Origin: Octopus bimaculoides
Taxonomy: Eukaryota
NCBI RefSeq assembly: GCF_001194135.2
Contig: NC_068996.1
Span: forward strand, 27,237,161-27,301,160
Length of the DNA: 64,000 nucleotides
Direction: 5' to 3'
The notes beneath the pieces are model-generated. The model did no database searches, was not told the origin of the DNA, and worked only from the letters and a program-made list of their open reading frames with translations. A program made the translations under genes and the position numbers. Positions 11,301 through 26,342 of the stretch are shown one piece after another; within the stretch, counting starts at the first letter, position 1, and the number at the start of each line of letters is the position of its first letter.

Positions 11301-14300
11301 TTGTATACCATCTTGGGAAAATATCCTTTGCCACAGCCTCTGGTTCACTCTACAAACTTTATGTGTGTATTTTAGCTTGATGGAAACTGTATGGAAGTCT
11401 GCTGAATGAATCATACATGGAATTCAAAGGTCTATCCATGTTATGCACAGTCTCATTGATTCTACATGAGAATGTTAAATGGTTCACATGTCTGAAAGAG
11501 TCATTGACTTCTGCATGACAAGAGAGGCTGAACTACAAAAACTTATGTTGAAAGAAACAAGATTTTCATGCAAGCATTGGAAGTTTATTTCTTAACATGT
11601 TTCTAGAAATAATGCATGTATAGCAGGAGGGATCAGGATTGTGTGTGTGTGTGTGTGTGGTTTATACTTGTGCTAAATATTAAGTTATTTGTACGAGAAA
11701 TAATAGTGAATAGGTAATTAATGGTTTCAAACTTTGACACAAGGCCAGAAATTTCAGAGAAGTGGGTAAGTCAGTTACATCAACCCCAATTGTTTAACTG
11801 GCATATATTTTATTGATCCCCAAAAGGATGAAAGGTAAAGCTGACCTTGCCGGTATGTGAACTCAGAATGTAAAAAACTCAAGCAGGTACTTAATGTACA
11901 GAAGAAAGTGTGGGAGACAACCAAATCCTGAGGTATATCAGAGATGAAAGAGAATGTGAATTGAAGAAAGCCTTGTTGGTAATGAACTGTAATGTAGTGG
12001 TCTGATGGACACATTTTCCCACTCTTCTCTCACTTCTTAAAGATTCTGTGTGCAACTTAGTTAAGATTCTTACAGTATAGCAAGTAGTTCAAAGGTTTCA
12101 ATGATAGAAAGGTCAAGTCACTACATCTCTGCAATGAAATGCCACAGCACCAGTACTATAAACATGTGATTAGACTATCATGGGAAAGAATTGCAAGAAT
12201 GTGATGGTTTGATAATTTCCATAGTTGATCACTCCTGGGAATCCTGCTGGAAAGTGTAATGACAGTTGCTTCCAATAAGATCCTTTGGAGGAGGTACCTG
12301 AGGGCTCTACCCTACAACCTTCCCAGAAATAGTGGGAAGATAAAATGGATGGATGGAAGGTACTAGTGGATGGTTTAAAAGCAAGTTCTGGCCCAAAAGA
12401 AACAGGATGATCATCACTGAGAGGAGAAGGAGAGAAGTGATAAAGTGAGTGGGGCTTTTTTTGTCATACAAAAGTTTGCATCATCTTGAGATGTTAAAAA
12501 TAAAGGAGATAAGATTGATAATTACAGAAAGTTAGATGAGGATGGGACACAATTGCAAATTTCCATAGATTCTTGCACAGATCAAAGAGTTTGACAAAAA
12601 TGGTGCCTAATTGTAAAGTGCAGTTAAAAGAATGGGACTCTACAGGAACCTAATGCCTGATGTAAGAATGAGTAGAGTAACATATGCGTTTAATGTATGG
12701 GTTTGTGAAAATACAGATTTAAGTATGCATGTGTAACTGTAAGGAAACTGACTTTATTTGCAAGGGTACTAACAAAGTCATCCTAATTGAGGTGAGGTGG
12801 GTCAAATTTTGTTAATAAATACTCATTTAGTAGGGGGCCAGAAAGCCATTTATATTAAAAATCTTGATTATATATTGCCTGAAGACATCTGCACCCTGCC
12901 ATCATATGTTTTTACAATTGTTGACTAATGTACTATACATTAAGTGGTAAACTGACAGAACTGTAAGCATGTGGGACAAAATGCTTGATGACATTTCTTC
13001 CAAGCTCTTTACGTGTTCAAATACCATCAAGGTCAACTCTGTTTTTCATTCAATAAAGTAAACAGTCAAATACTGGGGTCGATGTAATCAACTTGCTCCC
13101 TTCCTTGAATCTAAAACATGCTGGCATTTGATTCAGAGGGAATGTGATCTCAGTCACTTATATGTCATGGAAACAGGATAACTGGCCTTATGAGTCTTAG
13201 GGCCCAAGGAAAAAACAAAAATACATAGATTCATGTGTGGTAAAAAGCTTGCTTTCTAACTACATAGTTCCAGGTTCAGTCTACTACTATAGCATTGGGC
13301 CAACCAAAGCCTTGTGATAGAAACTGAAAGCCTGTCATGTTTGACAACCAGTGTTGGTGTGTTTACATTCCCATAGCTTAGTGGTTCGACAAAAGAGACC
13401 AATAGAGTAGCAGGATTAACAAAAGTAATACTGGAGTTGATTCATTTGACTAAAAAAATTTTCCAGCATGAACACAGTCTAATGATTGAAACAAGAAAAA
13501 GATATGCAAGTCAAGTAAAGTTAACATGAAGAACTTGTAGGTGTCATTAGCAGATGCTCTACAGCACTATGCCAACATATGATGCAAAACATACAGCAAT
13601 TTACAGCTTTTCATACCAGAACCACACTTGACAACAAACTGAGCACACTTAACAACAAGCATTGGCTTTTAAGTACAATCCCTTTTATATTTCTTTTACC
13701 AGTTTCATTCATTGGACTTCAGCCATGCTAGGGGCACTGCCTTGAAGGATTTACTTGAAGAAATGAATCCAGTGATTATTTTAAAGTTTGGTACTTACCA
13801 ATCTCTATTACTGAATTGCTAAGTTATGGAAATATAAAAACACATATACTGAGAGAGTGAGACAGGCTACTCCAATTTCCATTGTCAAGATTCACTCATA
13901 AGGCATTAGTTGGCCCAGAACTATAGTAGAAAACACTTACCCAAGGTGTCGTGCAGTGAGAATGAACCTGAAACCACCTGGTTGCAACGAGACTTTCTTA
14001 AGCACACAATTGTGCCTGCACCAATAAGTATTTTTAAAATCTTTTTTTTACTTTTCTTGCACACTCATTCCATAAGTCAATGAAGGTTGCCTCATATTTG
14101 CTAAAAGATATAAAGTAGAGTCATATGACAGCATTGTCTGGGAAGTCACCAGTAACTAACACCATGGTGATGAATTAATTAATATGGTAAGCAAATATTG
14201 CTAGTATAGCTGAAAATTATACTCTTGTTATTGAACAAACAGACAGATAAATATATACACATAAACATTTCAGGTATCTTTCGTTAGGTGTCTGCAAATC

Positions 14301-14335
14301 AAAAATGTACTCACTACAATTGTGAACACTTGTAC

Positions 14336-14375
<40 letters not shown>

Positions 14376-14530
14376 TGCATATTACTCTACAACATGGCAT
14401 TACAAACTAGTGTTAGCTTTCATACACCTTGCATTAAATATTAACTACAAAACAATTATGCAGTGACAGAAAAGCAATATTAGCCATTGACTAATAATAT
14501 TTTAGGTCTTTTTGCAAGTGCAGGAGACAA

Positions 14531-14571
14531 CTCCAGACATGTTTCAGCCTTATTAGACCTTCTCGGTAAAA
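14531..14571 (-). ncRNA. Decayed minimal type I hammerhead ribozyme motif (Penelope-type)
   Basis: Minus strand reads tttta-CCGAGAA-ggtc-taataa-ggct-GAAA-catg-TC-tggag. Stem II and a palindromic stem III (CATG) are present; stem I is mostly G-U; core has C4 and A8. Confidence 0.55.
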
Positions 14572-15074
14572 CAAACTTCACTATACTCGTGAAAGTGTTG
14601 ATGAGAGAATCACTAAGTAAACGTACAATAATGTACACTAATTATTGAAGAAAACCAGAAATGATCCGAAAAGTTACTCTCAGATGCCAGCTGGGGACAT
14701 AGTTATCACCATCATCATCAATTAATGTTCATTTTCCATGTTGTCATGGGTTGGATGGCTTGATTGGATTCAGCAAGCCCTATCGTGCTCCAATGTCAGC
14801 TTTGGCATGGTTTTTATGACTGGATGTCCTTCCTAATGCAAACCACTGTACAGTGTGATGGGCGACTTTTTTCTTGCCACCCACACTAGTGCGGCTGCCA
14901 AGTAACTAGCAAAACAAGAAAAGCCTCCTCAGGTAAATGGAGGAGAGAAGTGGCTTTATACCAGGTGTTTGTAGGGTTAAAGCATGAGAGGACAAGCATA
15001 GGTGTTTTGCTATAGTGAAGATACATGGTTACTCCACACAGGGAACAATAAATCACTAATATATATACACACAC

Positions 15075-15450
15075 ATATATATTCTTTTACACATTTCAAT
15101 CATTTGACTGTAGCCATGCTAGAGCACCACCTTGAAGGGTTTTAGTCGAAGAAATTAACTCCAAGACTTATTCTTTGTAAGCCTAGTACTTATTCTATTA
15201 GTATCTTTTGCCAAACTGCTAAGTTCGGGGGACTTAAATACACCAACATCGGTTGTCAAGTGATAGTGGGAGGACAAACACAGACACACATATATATATA
15301 CACTCACATGACAGGCTTCTCAGTTTCCATCCACCAAATCCACAAGGCTTTGGTCGGCCTGAGGTTATAGAAGAAGACACTTACCCAAGGTGCCACAGTG
15401 GGACTGAACCCAGGACCATGTGTTTGGGAAACAAGCTTCTTACCACACAT
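15075..15450 (-). mobile_element. CORE-type tRNA-derived SINE, near full length
   Basis: Reverse complement of the 58659-59040 family, including head and tail. Confidence 0.8.
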
Positions 15451-17164
15451 ACATATCACCCTATTATTCCAGAGTTAACTGTTTTCCAAATATTTAAACC
15501 CAAGAGCAATTTTAGATTCAGGACCAAATAAATCCAAAAGAAACATCAGAAACAAAACATAGGAATCTATACAACATTTACAGATTTTATAATAATCTTT
15601 GATGAAGTCAGCAATAAAAGACTTAAATTATTTTATTGGTTTGCTATGAAAGAAGGAATTCTCTCCATGACCTTCACAGACTAATACTAGTGGGAGTGAC
15701 AGTGTTACTCTCAAGCATTTGCAAATAAGTACCCACAGGTAAGACATGCAGGCTTCAAGTTACCCATCATCAGCCAATTCCACAGAGAACTTCATTGCCA
15801 GTAGTTCAAGTAAAGCTGTAGCCTTGTGCCAACTGTTTCTTGGGGGGTGGGGTTTAAAAAGTTTTAATTTGTGCCATTCTTGTAGAAAAAAAATCATGGA
15901 AGTACCTTGCTCTTCTGAAGTTAACAAGATGCTTGTATATGGTTATTTTTGAATCCTCCCCGCTGTGCTTGGTCTGCTTTATGAAGCAAGTACACTTACC
16001 ACCTCTCATGAATACAACATAAAAGAAAGCCAATGTTTGCAGCATCCACAGAGCTGCAGATGTTAGATATTGCTTAAGTATAACTATACACATCTGCCTT
16101 AGGCTCCCGCACTCCAGATATTCTATAAGGGTTCCCCTCCAAAGCCTTTTGTTGAACACTCAATAAATTACCCCTACAAGGCAACAAGGGTTTATTATTA
16201 TAGTAGGCATGGTTTGTGCAGAGCCAATCCCACTCTTTCATTCTTCAAATTTGTATTGGACTTGTGCAACAAGTGCCATGAGCCCAGTAATTATCAACAG
16301 TAGGATTCATACAGAGTTACCTTCTCTTAGATGAACAGTTAAACAGACCCTCATCCACTGGGATGTTTGTGAATAACCTTTTTCATATATAAGCATAAAA
16401 AGGCTATTTCATAAATCACCTCCACAGAAAAACCTATTGCATACTCACAAATTTTAAAGAAAATTTTATGCACAATATTACATTTAATAAGGATGTCAAC
16501 AATTGCTTGGCAAAATCCAGCATTTCTTTTGTTGACACTAAGATTATTTGGTTAACCACATTTCTGTTGGAAAATAACAAAGAATTTAGTAAAATAACTG
16601 TCGTTTGTATTATAATTTTGTGTTAATTTGTCCCAAAGTTTATATTATGGAACCAGAGGTGCTCTTAGGCTGGCTGGTATCAAAAGGTTTAAAATAAAAT
16701 AAATTTTATTTTCACAACTTTTTATCTAATTTCATTCTTACTCTGCAATATGCAATCTGTCATCAGATCAGAGTGTACCTCATCATTAATCATGGGAACT
16801 TCAAGTTTCCATGATTAAGTGATCAAAAATAAAACTCATTTAGTGACATACTGTCCAGTAGCAATTGTTAATACGTAACCAATTGAGGGAGCTCTTAAAC
16901 AACCAGTTATTATGCAAAGCAGTTAAGTTTATGAAGGAAACTAATACAAAGACTATTTCTAAAAGCAGTAGTAGTTTGGTATAACTCCCACAGCTGCAAC
17001 AGGAAAGTTCACAGATTTTAAATACTTGAAGCTAATCAGATACATCATAGTAGCAGAAGGGAAGAAAGGAGCATCCAACAAAACAAAGTATTGCATATAG
17101 AGATGATGCTAAAGTGTTTGTATGAGATCAGTGATTGAACATGAAAAGTATTAGTCTATCTCTG

Positions 17165-17196
<32 letters not shown>

Positions 17197-18061
17197 CAGG
17201 AAGGATACATGCAGCAATTCAACAACACAAACAGAATGTAATACTACTGAGAGTAATAACAGAAGATGACTACAATGAATGTCGGCCAGGAAAGATATGG
17301 TAAGAATTAGTTAAGACCCTACTCTGAGGATGTTGGGTGTTACAGATGGCTAAATTTAGAGCTGCCATATTATAAGATTATATACCTCTCCAACCCATAT
17401 CAGAACAGTTGAGAACTTATGTTTATACTAACCTTAAACCAGTCCAACCATACTAGCACAAGGGGGGGGGGATTTTAAAACAATAATCATTTACCAAAGC
17501 ATGTTATTGCAAATCTTTGACAGTGAATGAAATATGTATGGCCATAGTAGAATGGCTGAAACCAGAAGAATACAAAGATTAAGATTTAACGAATTTTCTA
17601 ATTATTCCTCAGTTAAAAGATATATTTGAAAAATTTAACTTTTAAATCGCTAAAAATAGATAGTTTAAAAAAAAAAAAAGTGAAAATAAAACAACTATGA
17701 AAGTGTTAAAAATAGGGAAAGATTTTTAAAAATTATATATATATAAATATATATGTATATATGTATGTATACATGAAACAAAAGGAATATTAGTAAAATA
17801 GTATTTTATTGAATAAGAGTTCACGATGAACAGACATGGTTTGCGAAGGCAAACCATAAAGTTTATCGCATTTCAAGATGGTTTAACAATGAAATCAAAA
17901 GAAAAAAATATTCAGAGAATTAAACCAGAAAAGAGATGGCAAGAAGGAATAAAATCCTTATACACACACAATTATATATAAATATATATGCATATGTGTG
18001 TGAATAAACATGTGTATATGTAGAGGCATACATATAATATAGACATGTATATATATCCATA

Positions 18062-18105
<44 letters not shown>

Positions 18106-21100
18106 CATACCTATGTACATATATATATATACATACATTTATACAGGCATATACATACATACATATATATATATATACATACATGCATACGTATATACAT
18201 ACACGCATACATATAAAGGCTTGGTCAAAAGTATCTCGACAGTAAATCAAAATTCCATAAATACTTAAATGTTCAAGTTTATTTATTCATTCCAATTATG
18301 AATGTTTAATAATTGAATGCTGTGAGTTAAAATCACCGTTTTATGTTTTTGTTTCTTTTTCAACATTTGTCTATTTATTAGTGAAGTCTCACAAAATAAT
18401 TTTAACCTTGGAAGTAAATGGTTTTGATTTCCTGTCAGGTGACTTTTGGCCAACCCTGTATATACATACACACACACATGAATACATACATCTATAAGTG
18501 CACAAAATGTACAATTATATACACACATACATTTAATACAAAATATTACTGTTAAACTTGCTTTCAATCAACCGACTGAATACTCTAAATGTTGACTTAA
18601 TGCAAATACACTTAATTTATATAGCTGTGTACACTCGCATACACACACACCATCCATGCGCACACGCACACACACTTCCTAAATAACTTATTTACAGCTG
18701 CGTAGTTAATAATTTATAAGAAATGCATATTACCATGTTTATATAAAAATTCAAACAGCATGTAGTATAATAATGTAAAATTTCTTTATATATATATATA
18801 TATATATATATTTAGCCCTATAAATAATATTAATTAGTATATAAAAAAAAATATTTGTAAATAAATTTAAAAGCATACATTATAGAAAGTTTTATTCATT
18901 GTCAAAAACAAGTTCTAAAATATATCTATGTCAAAGAAATATATTAAAATATAAAGAAAAAAGGAGACCTCCCCCCACCAAAAACAAACAAAAAAACAAA
19001 AAAGTTATCAATGAATTATCCCATTGAAGAAAGTTATGATTGTTTGTGTTTAACATACTAGGTTCATCCTTTCTGCTTCTATTTCATACACTATGTTTGT
19101 ATTTGGTATATTCTCCAATATCTTTTTGCAAAAAAGCTCTATTTTCACACATTGACATGTCCTGCTAGATTCGAACTAAAAGCTTTCATTTCTAACATTG
19201 TACAATAGCAAAACAATGTCAAATTTGATGTTCTCAAATCCAGTACAGATGATTGTTTTGTGAAGCATAACCTTTCTGAATGCATTTTAAAAACAAATGT
19301 TCCATCTTAGCTCATCCAATTTGGATTTCCAATTTTCTGGCTGACTTCTCTATGGAGAAGATGATTGTGATGTAAAAGTAAGAGATTCACTTGATGGTGG
19401 TGGTGGAACTGGCCTCTTGTTTATCAACATTTCTTCAAAAATTAGCAAGTTGAATTTAGTACATCTTAAGGAGAAGGAGGGGGAAATGAGAGGAAATCCT
19501 AAAATCAAAATAGAACAATTTTTTTTCTGATCAAAATTTTCTAAAAGTCAAGAATAGCAAAACATATTTGGTGCAAACATGGAAATCTTAAACAAGTAGT
19601 AAGGGGGAGGGGAGGGGAACAACAGAAAAAAAAATCCATAGCACAATATGGCTGGTATCAATGAGAGCAAAACATTTTTACAGCCATAATTCCAACAAGA
19701 ATAGACTGGAGTGGTTTTAGTAAAATAACTAACATTTTTATTTATTTATATCAAAATGTTGCTTAGAAACAAAAAAACAAAAAAACAAAAAAAAAAACTG
19801 GTCATTTATGTTAGTACTTCATGTAACAATTTCAATCAAAATGTTAATTTAAATATAAACAAGCAGATTGGTAGCACAGAACTAGGGACAGTCTCCAATA
19901 GGTTGTTATTCAAGGAGTTTTATATATTGCCAAATTTGTGAATAAAAGAATAAAGAATATACAAAGCTTGTGTTAGAAATAAAGGGCATCTGATGATGGT
20001 CAGAGAATATACATTTTATTAGGAGCTGAAGCTTCTTGAATCCAAACTAAGTTTCATGATTCTGAATTGTTTAAACAACTGAAAAAGGTTGGCAGCATGT
20101 CAACATATAAGCAAAACTATTCAAATATATAACATATGATTGGTTAACTGTACAAAGATGTTTGGACAGTGAAGAAGTAAAGCATCTTTCTGAGTACCTG
20201 AGTGTTCACATGTTCTAAAAATTTATTTTCTTTATTTTCAGTAAGCCTGTTTTGTTTTACTGTAAACTGCAAGTGAGACCTTAGCTTAATAAATTCATGC
20301 TTTAGAAAAGTCACATACCATTGAGAGGACAAATATTAGGGTTGTTGCAATTATGCAAAGAAGAGTTTGTTTGTTTGTTCATAGCAGAGAGGCTTCATGT
20401 TTTTACTAACTATGAAACTAACAAAGACTTTTGGAGCAATTGACACTCACCTAAATGTTATTTTATTGAAGACATACTACAGTCAGGAGAAATATTTATA
20501 AAATTCAGGAAAATTCAAACGATAGAACAAATTTTTAAACTATAGAGAGGAGTGTCCTAAAATCTTCCACCCACCTCCCTTTTTTCATTTATGTTCTTCA
20601 TATATAATGTAAACTAACTTTGAAGCTTTTCATTTAATGCATTACTGTAATAACAATCATGCATGAACAATGGATTACAACCAGAAGATAAGTTCTTACC
20701 GATATTATTTATATTTTTTAGAATCACTGTAAGAGATTATAGGAATTCACAATGTTTATATTTTTGTTAGGTTTACAAGCAGAATTTACAGATAACTAAA
20801 TCTAAAGTTGTACCTAAGAGATTAACTGTACATGGATTTGTATAACTAATTTTAACATCTGCATGACAGTGTTGATGAATTCCTTCCTAACAGTATCAGT
20901 TGTGTGTTCATTTATATATCACAAAATGAATATTCCATCATCATGGTTAAAACTGAACTATGTAAAGTAGAATCACTTCCAAAGTGAGTTTAAAATATAC
21001 AAACTGCATTTATTTATGAAATAGTTCTTCACATTTAACCCTATAAAGACTTGTGTAATAGCAAAGATTTCCTAATGTCCACAATAAGATTCATATTAGA

Positions 21101-22839
21101 CTTATTAATTGGAATAAAGCCCTCTACTAAATTCCTAAAGCATTCTGGGGAAGAGATTCGGTTATAGACGGATAGTGCTATGTCAAACTGCATCAATTCA
21201 CAAAAGAGCATACTTTTGATATTAAAGGTCCAGTTGACAGGCACACTATTCCTTAAGGGAAGAGAAGTGGCTGAAGTGATGTTGAAAATGATGGAATGCA
21301 AAACATTTTTACTGACAGCAAGATTTATTAATCAGTGTTCCGGATTGGCAAGAAAATTAATGATTGTATTTATTAGTTTTAAATTGTTAAAACTTTGTGC
21401 AAAATATCTCGAAAGTTATTTGATTAAAAAAAAGAAAAGAAAAGGCTTACTCTTTTGATCAAATGTTAGTCAGACAATTCCAGTTCTTCTGTTGCAATTA
21501 GACATCTGAAACCAAACTCTTTTCTTTCACATATGACACCAAAGAGATGAAAATATGTCTCTCTGCCTCACATTTCATCTAATGGATGTTTTCAGCAACC
21601 AATCAAAGCTTCATGTGGTTCTAAATATTATTGCTCATATATTGTTTATTCTTGTGCTGCTTGTCTTCAATTATTTGAATAATCAGCAAAGTGAAACCTA
21701 TGTACAATTCAAGAAACTTTACTTTCTAATAAAATATACACATCACCTTATTAATTGCTAGCAAGGACACAGTATTTCATTTTGCAACCATAATATACTA
21801 CCAAGTATATTTAAGGTTTACAAGTCAATGCTGTGCCTTCCCTTTGTGTTAGCAGTGCGAAGTTCTCATTTTTAAGCAGAGACAAACATCACTTTGTACT
21901 GAGACCCCTATGTCCTTTATAAACATTCATCATATACATATGCACGTGTGTGTGTGTGGGTATGTATACACACACACACACACGTATATTCTGGCATCAT
22001 GCATCACTTCTTAACATAACTCAAATTACACATACACATCAAAAAAGGAGGCACAGTAAAGTGCTACATCAACCATAATCAGGCTCAGCAGTGAGCTCCA
22101 CAATTCACTCTATTATCCAGTATAGAAAGATACATGGCATCAAACTCAGGATACGCTAGAATGTGAAGTATGAGCCAAAAAAATAGGGGGGAGAGCAGAA
22201 AATAGGCATGGTAGTCAAAGCTTTATGGGATTACACGGATTTCACCAAAATGCTGAGATAATTACATAACAATGTAGAAACATTATTCTATCATGTAATT
22301 TATCTCATCAGTGTTCCACCATAAACAAAATCTATGTTGAAGCGCCAAATATATATACCTTTTTCTTGTCAGGAAACTGATTAAACCTTGCAAGTCAAAT
22401 AAATAGCAAACAAAGAATCACACGAAGGAAGTTCAAACCACACCTATGCCTCTTTGATTGAGAGAGAGAGAGAGAGAAGAAGCTAATAGAATTATCAAAA
22501 GAAGGCAGAGCAATTGATAGCAAGATGTCAGGTCATAAATCAGTTAGGAGCAAACAGAAATAAATAAATACGTATCTCATACAAAGGACATAAAAGCATG
22601 AACAAACAGACTCAAGTGCAAAATGCACACAAACACCCACTCAAACTTACATATATTATACATAGTCAGCACATGCATACACCCACAAGAACATATACAC
22701 ACCAACATATATCTAGATAATATGTGTCCATACATACATATAAGTAGAAACACAGTACACCTACGCACTGGTATATATACATACTCACATATACATACAT
22801 AATTATACATTTACAAATTATATATATATATATATAAAA

Positions 22840-23680
22840 TCATTTAACATCTGCTTTCCATGCTGGCATAGGTAGGACGGTTTGACAGGAGCTGGCAGGC
22901 AGAAAACTACACCACACTTCATGGTCTGAATTGGCATGGTTTTAATGATTGGATGCCCTTCCTGAAACCAGCCACTCCACAGAGTGGACAAAGTGCTTTT
23001 AGCGTGGCACAGGTGAGGTAAGTTTTGGCATGTTTTTTTTACAGCTGGATGATCTTCTAAACGCCAATCACTGTACAGTGTGGACTGGATGCTTTTTACA
23101 TGGCACAAGCACTGGCAGGGTCACCAAGTAACTTGCAAGACAAAAATCCTTTGAGAGGGGAGGTNNNNNNNNNNNNNNNNNNNNNNNNNNNNNNNNNNNN
23201 NNNNNNNNNNNNNNNNNNNNNNNNNNNNNNNNNNNNNNNNNNNNNNNNNNNNNNNNNNNGCACTGGCAGGGTCACCAAGTAACTTGCAAGACAAAAATCC
23301 TTTGAGAGGGGAGGTGGCATTGGAGGAGGTGATCTTATGTCAGAGGATGAAAGGTTACAGTGAGACAGAGAGACAGAAATAGGTGTCATGCTGAAGAGGA
23401 GGTACATGGTTACCTGGTGAGAAAGAGAGTAAGCAGTGATCAAGATTGAGGCTAGTAATAGGTGTGTTGCTGTAGTGGAGATACATGGTTAACCAGTCAG
23501 AGGGAGAGAGAAAGAGAGTGCAAGAGAGCAGGAGAGAGATGGTGAAGTATCAGGGCATGCTCACAAGGAACAAGGATAAGAATATAAATGGTAGGGTATT
23601 GCCAAGGTGCATGAGTAGGGAAGTAGAAACTTCACATGAATACAAAGTGTTGGGGATGGTGGGGAGGTATGCAGTGACTG
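22840..23680 (-). mobile_element. RTE-tailed non-autonomous retroposon with purine-rich body (contains N gap)
   Basis: Same family as 54700-55420 (plus) and 14710-15030; shares the CCAACCCATGC...AAATGATGATG tail with the RTE at 29996-30950. Confidence 0.6.
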
Positions 23681-24177
23681 GTAAAACCCGGGTACATACA
23701 CATAAACATGTGTATGTATGTGTGTGTGTATATATATATATATATACACACACATCATCATCCTTTAATGTCTGTTTTCCATGCTGGTAGGGGTTGGACA
23801 GATGTGTGTATGTATGCATGCATGTATGTACACACACACACACACACATATATATACATATATAAAAAAAACAGCTAAAAGTATAAATGAGTAAAATAAA
23901 AAATACATAAAAGTGTGCATATATACATATGTATATGGAGCCGCAGATGAAAAATAGAGTGCACAATGTTCCTGAAAGTCAGCAATGGTCTTCTTTGGTC
24001 ACAAGTGGACGACTATCATGCCTATGCAGACAGAACCATATATATGTATATACATGGAAAATATACACATAAACACCCGCACATTTACACACGTGCAAAA
24101 AACAAACAAACATGCATTAACACACATATACACACACACAAGGCAAAATAAGGGGGAAAGGTATATACAGGTATTAT

Positions 24178-24740
24178 AGGTGCAGATGTGGCTGTGTGGT
24201 AAGAAGTTTGCTTCCCAACTGTTCTGGGCTCAGTCTCACTGCATGGCACCTTGGGCTAATCAAAGCCTTATGGGTGCATTTAGTATACGGAAACTTAAAG
24301 CTGGCAGAAATGTTAGCACACTTGGCGAAATGCTTAGAGGTATTTCGTCTGCCGCTACGTTCTGAGTTCAAATTCCGCCAAGGTCAACTTTGCCCTTCAT
24401 CCCTTTGGGGTCGATAAATTAAGTACCAGTTATGACTGAGGTTGATGTAATTGACTTAATCCCTTTATCTGTCCTTCTTTGGCCTCTTGTTGGCAGTAAA
24501 GAAATAGGAAACTTAAAGAAACTCCATCATGTGTGTGTGTGTGTGTGTATTTGTACCCTCATCACAGCTTGACAACCAGTGTTGGTGCGTTTACATCACC
24601 ATAATTTAGCATTTCAGCAAAAGAGACTGATAGAATAAGTAGCAGGCTTAAAAATAAGTCCTGAGGTTGATTTCTTCAACTAAAACCTTTTAAGACGATG
24701 CTCCAGCAAGGCCACAGTCAAAAAGACTGAAACGCGAATA
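24178..24740 (+). mobile_element. CORE-type SINE interrupted by a Nin-domain-type SINE (about 24299-24510)
   Basis: Head TGGCTGTGTGG...; inserted GCTGGCAGAAATGTTAGC...AAGGTCAACTTTGCCCTTCATCCCTTTGGGGTCGATAAATTAAGTACCAG; CORE-SINE tail resumes afterwards. Family naming is from memory. Confidence 0.7.
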
Positions 24741-25099
24741 TATATATATATCATATCAGTGCATATGTGTATGCACATGTCTGTCTCAATCACCACTTGA
24801 CAACTGCTGTTGGTATGTTTACATCCCCATAACTTAGCAATAGAATAAGTACTTGGCTTTGAAAAAAAATCCTGGGGTCAATTTGTTCAACTTCAAGGTG
24901 GTGGTGAAACAAGTACAAGATTATATATATACGATATACTCAGAAAGGGGTAAGAGATGAGAGGCCCAAACAATAAATGAAAGGAGTTGAAATCAACATA
25001 CAGGTGGGTAAACACCCACTCATGTTAGGGTGTAGTGGGTTTTTTTTTAGTGTACAATAGTACATCATGGTCCAGGTTCTTTCTCAGCATCAGAACCCT

Positions 25100-25430
25100 A
25101 TTTTGTCACATTTATTAAGAATGCCCTTACCGCTGCCCAAAATAATTTCTAACCCTTTCCTGGTGCATAACCTACCTCCCTGGTAAGGTACCACATTCTC
25201 CAATCCTGACCAGTACATGTCATAACTAACTCTATATTATTGTTTAACATGTGGACAGATTTGGCTAATGAGGCAGAGTGCCTAGGTTTCAGATTGGAGG
25301 AGTGTTGTTTCATGAGATGAATAGTGGTCCCTATGTAAAACTTACTGCTATTATGTATAACCACCTCACATTTATATATTACATTGTACTTGTAGGAGGA
25401 CAGTTGCAGGGGTCTGGCAGCTACAACTGG
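25100..25430 (-). mobile_element. Penelope-like element GIY-YIG endonuclease remnant
   Basis: NVIYKCEV...KFYIGTT and, in another frame, VPYQGGRLC...ILNK match the GIY-YIG C-terminus of Penelope-like elements. Confidence 0.75.
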
Positions 25431-26342
25431 GCAGGGGTTCAGTTGTTGGAGGAGAGAACCTGCCAAAGCAAAGTGTCCACATTCACCCAAATCAGAGGAA
25501 TTCTCTGAAGTCCCATCAATCCCTTGACTGACCACTCCTGATATCAATCTGAGTGCCAATCTGATGGAATGTCTGATCCAACTTCAAGAACAGCCCCAGA
25601 AGTCAATATTCCACCAAAATCAGTGTGCACAAAATGCTTAGCAACCTTTGCTCTTTTGGAGGTGGTTATAATACTTTCCATATGAAGAGTAGTAGAGAAG
25701 GACAGCTTAATGGTACTTCTGTTAAAGACACTGAGGTATCTATCATGTGATGGAAAGGCAATTACAAGGATCTATAGGATGTTCATTTTGACATTCAAGG
25801 AGAAAGAGCAGGCAACTACAAATCACCTACCCCTTCTTTCCCCTCTTATTCTTAGGATGGGTTATACCCATCCCCTAGGGAGTGGGAAGAGATCCTTGAT
25901 CTATCATCCAGCAGGCTTAGTTCTGGGTGTTGGGCTGCACCCCATATGGAAGTAGGCCTAGAGACTATCGACCCAACTACCCCATAATGAACAGGTCTAG
26001 GATTCCAGTGGGACCTGATGAACTGTGCCACCCTCCTAGACATCTGACTGTCACAGTGGTGAGTAGACAACCCCCACCATCCTCTTGGGGTTAGCAGCAA
26101 GACCTGATCTGCATTGGATATACTAAAGTTCCTAACAATCTCATCCCTAGTACTACAAGGATTCTTAATGCTACCTTATTAACCTTCCCTCTCAAGAGCA
26201 TATTATAGTATTTTGTATTACAGTAGAATATACATCCATTGGTTTTGAAAGAGGTGTGGTAATTGTTTGGACTTCCTTGATGTGATGCTTTGTCTGCTAT
26301 TTATGTGACAAGCCAGGTTCAATCATTTGCATAATGTTTCTG

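Noticed and set aside
17920-18250. ORFs rich in YIYI/CVCV/THTH (also 23550, 27879-28144, 47198-47477, 48678-49215, 61087-61504)
   Set aside because: Translations of TA/CA/GA microsatellites and a minisatellite.
23109-23315. About 55-bp direct repeat on either side of N gap 23165-23259
   Set aside because: Identical overlap flanking a gap inside one retroposon; most likely an unmerged contig overlap.
25005-25035. gtggg-tgttta-cccac hairpin downstream of the PLE GIY-YIG remnant as a hammerhead stem II
   Set aside because: Core CUGANGA and GAAA are not recognisable; too decayed to call.
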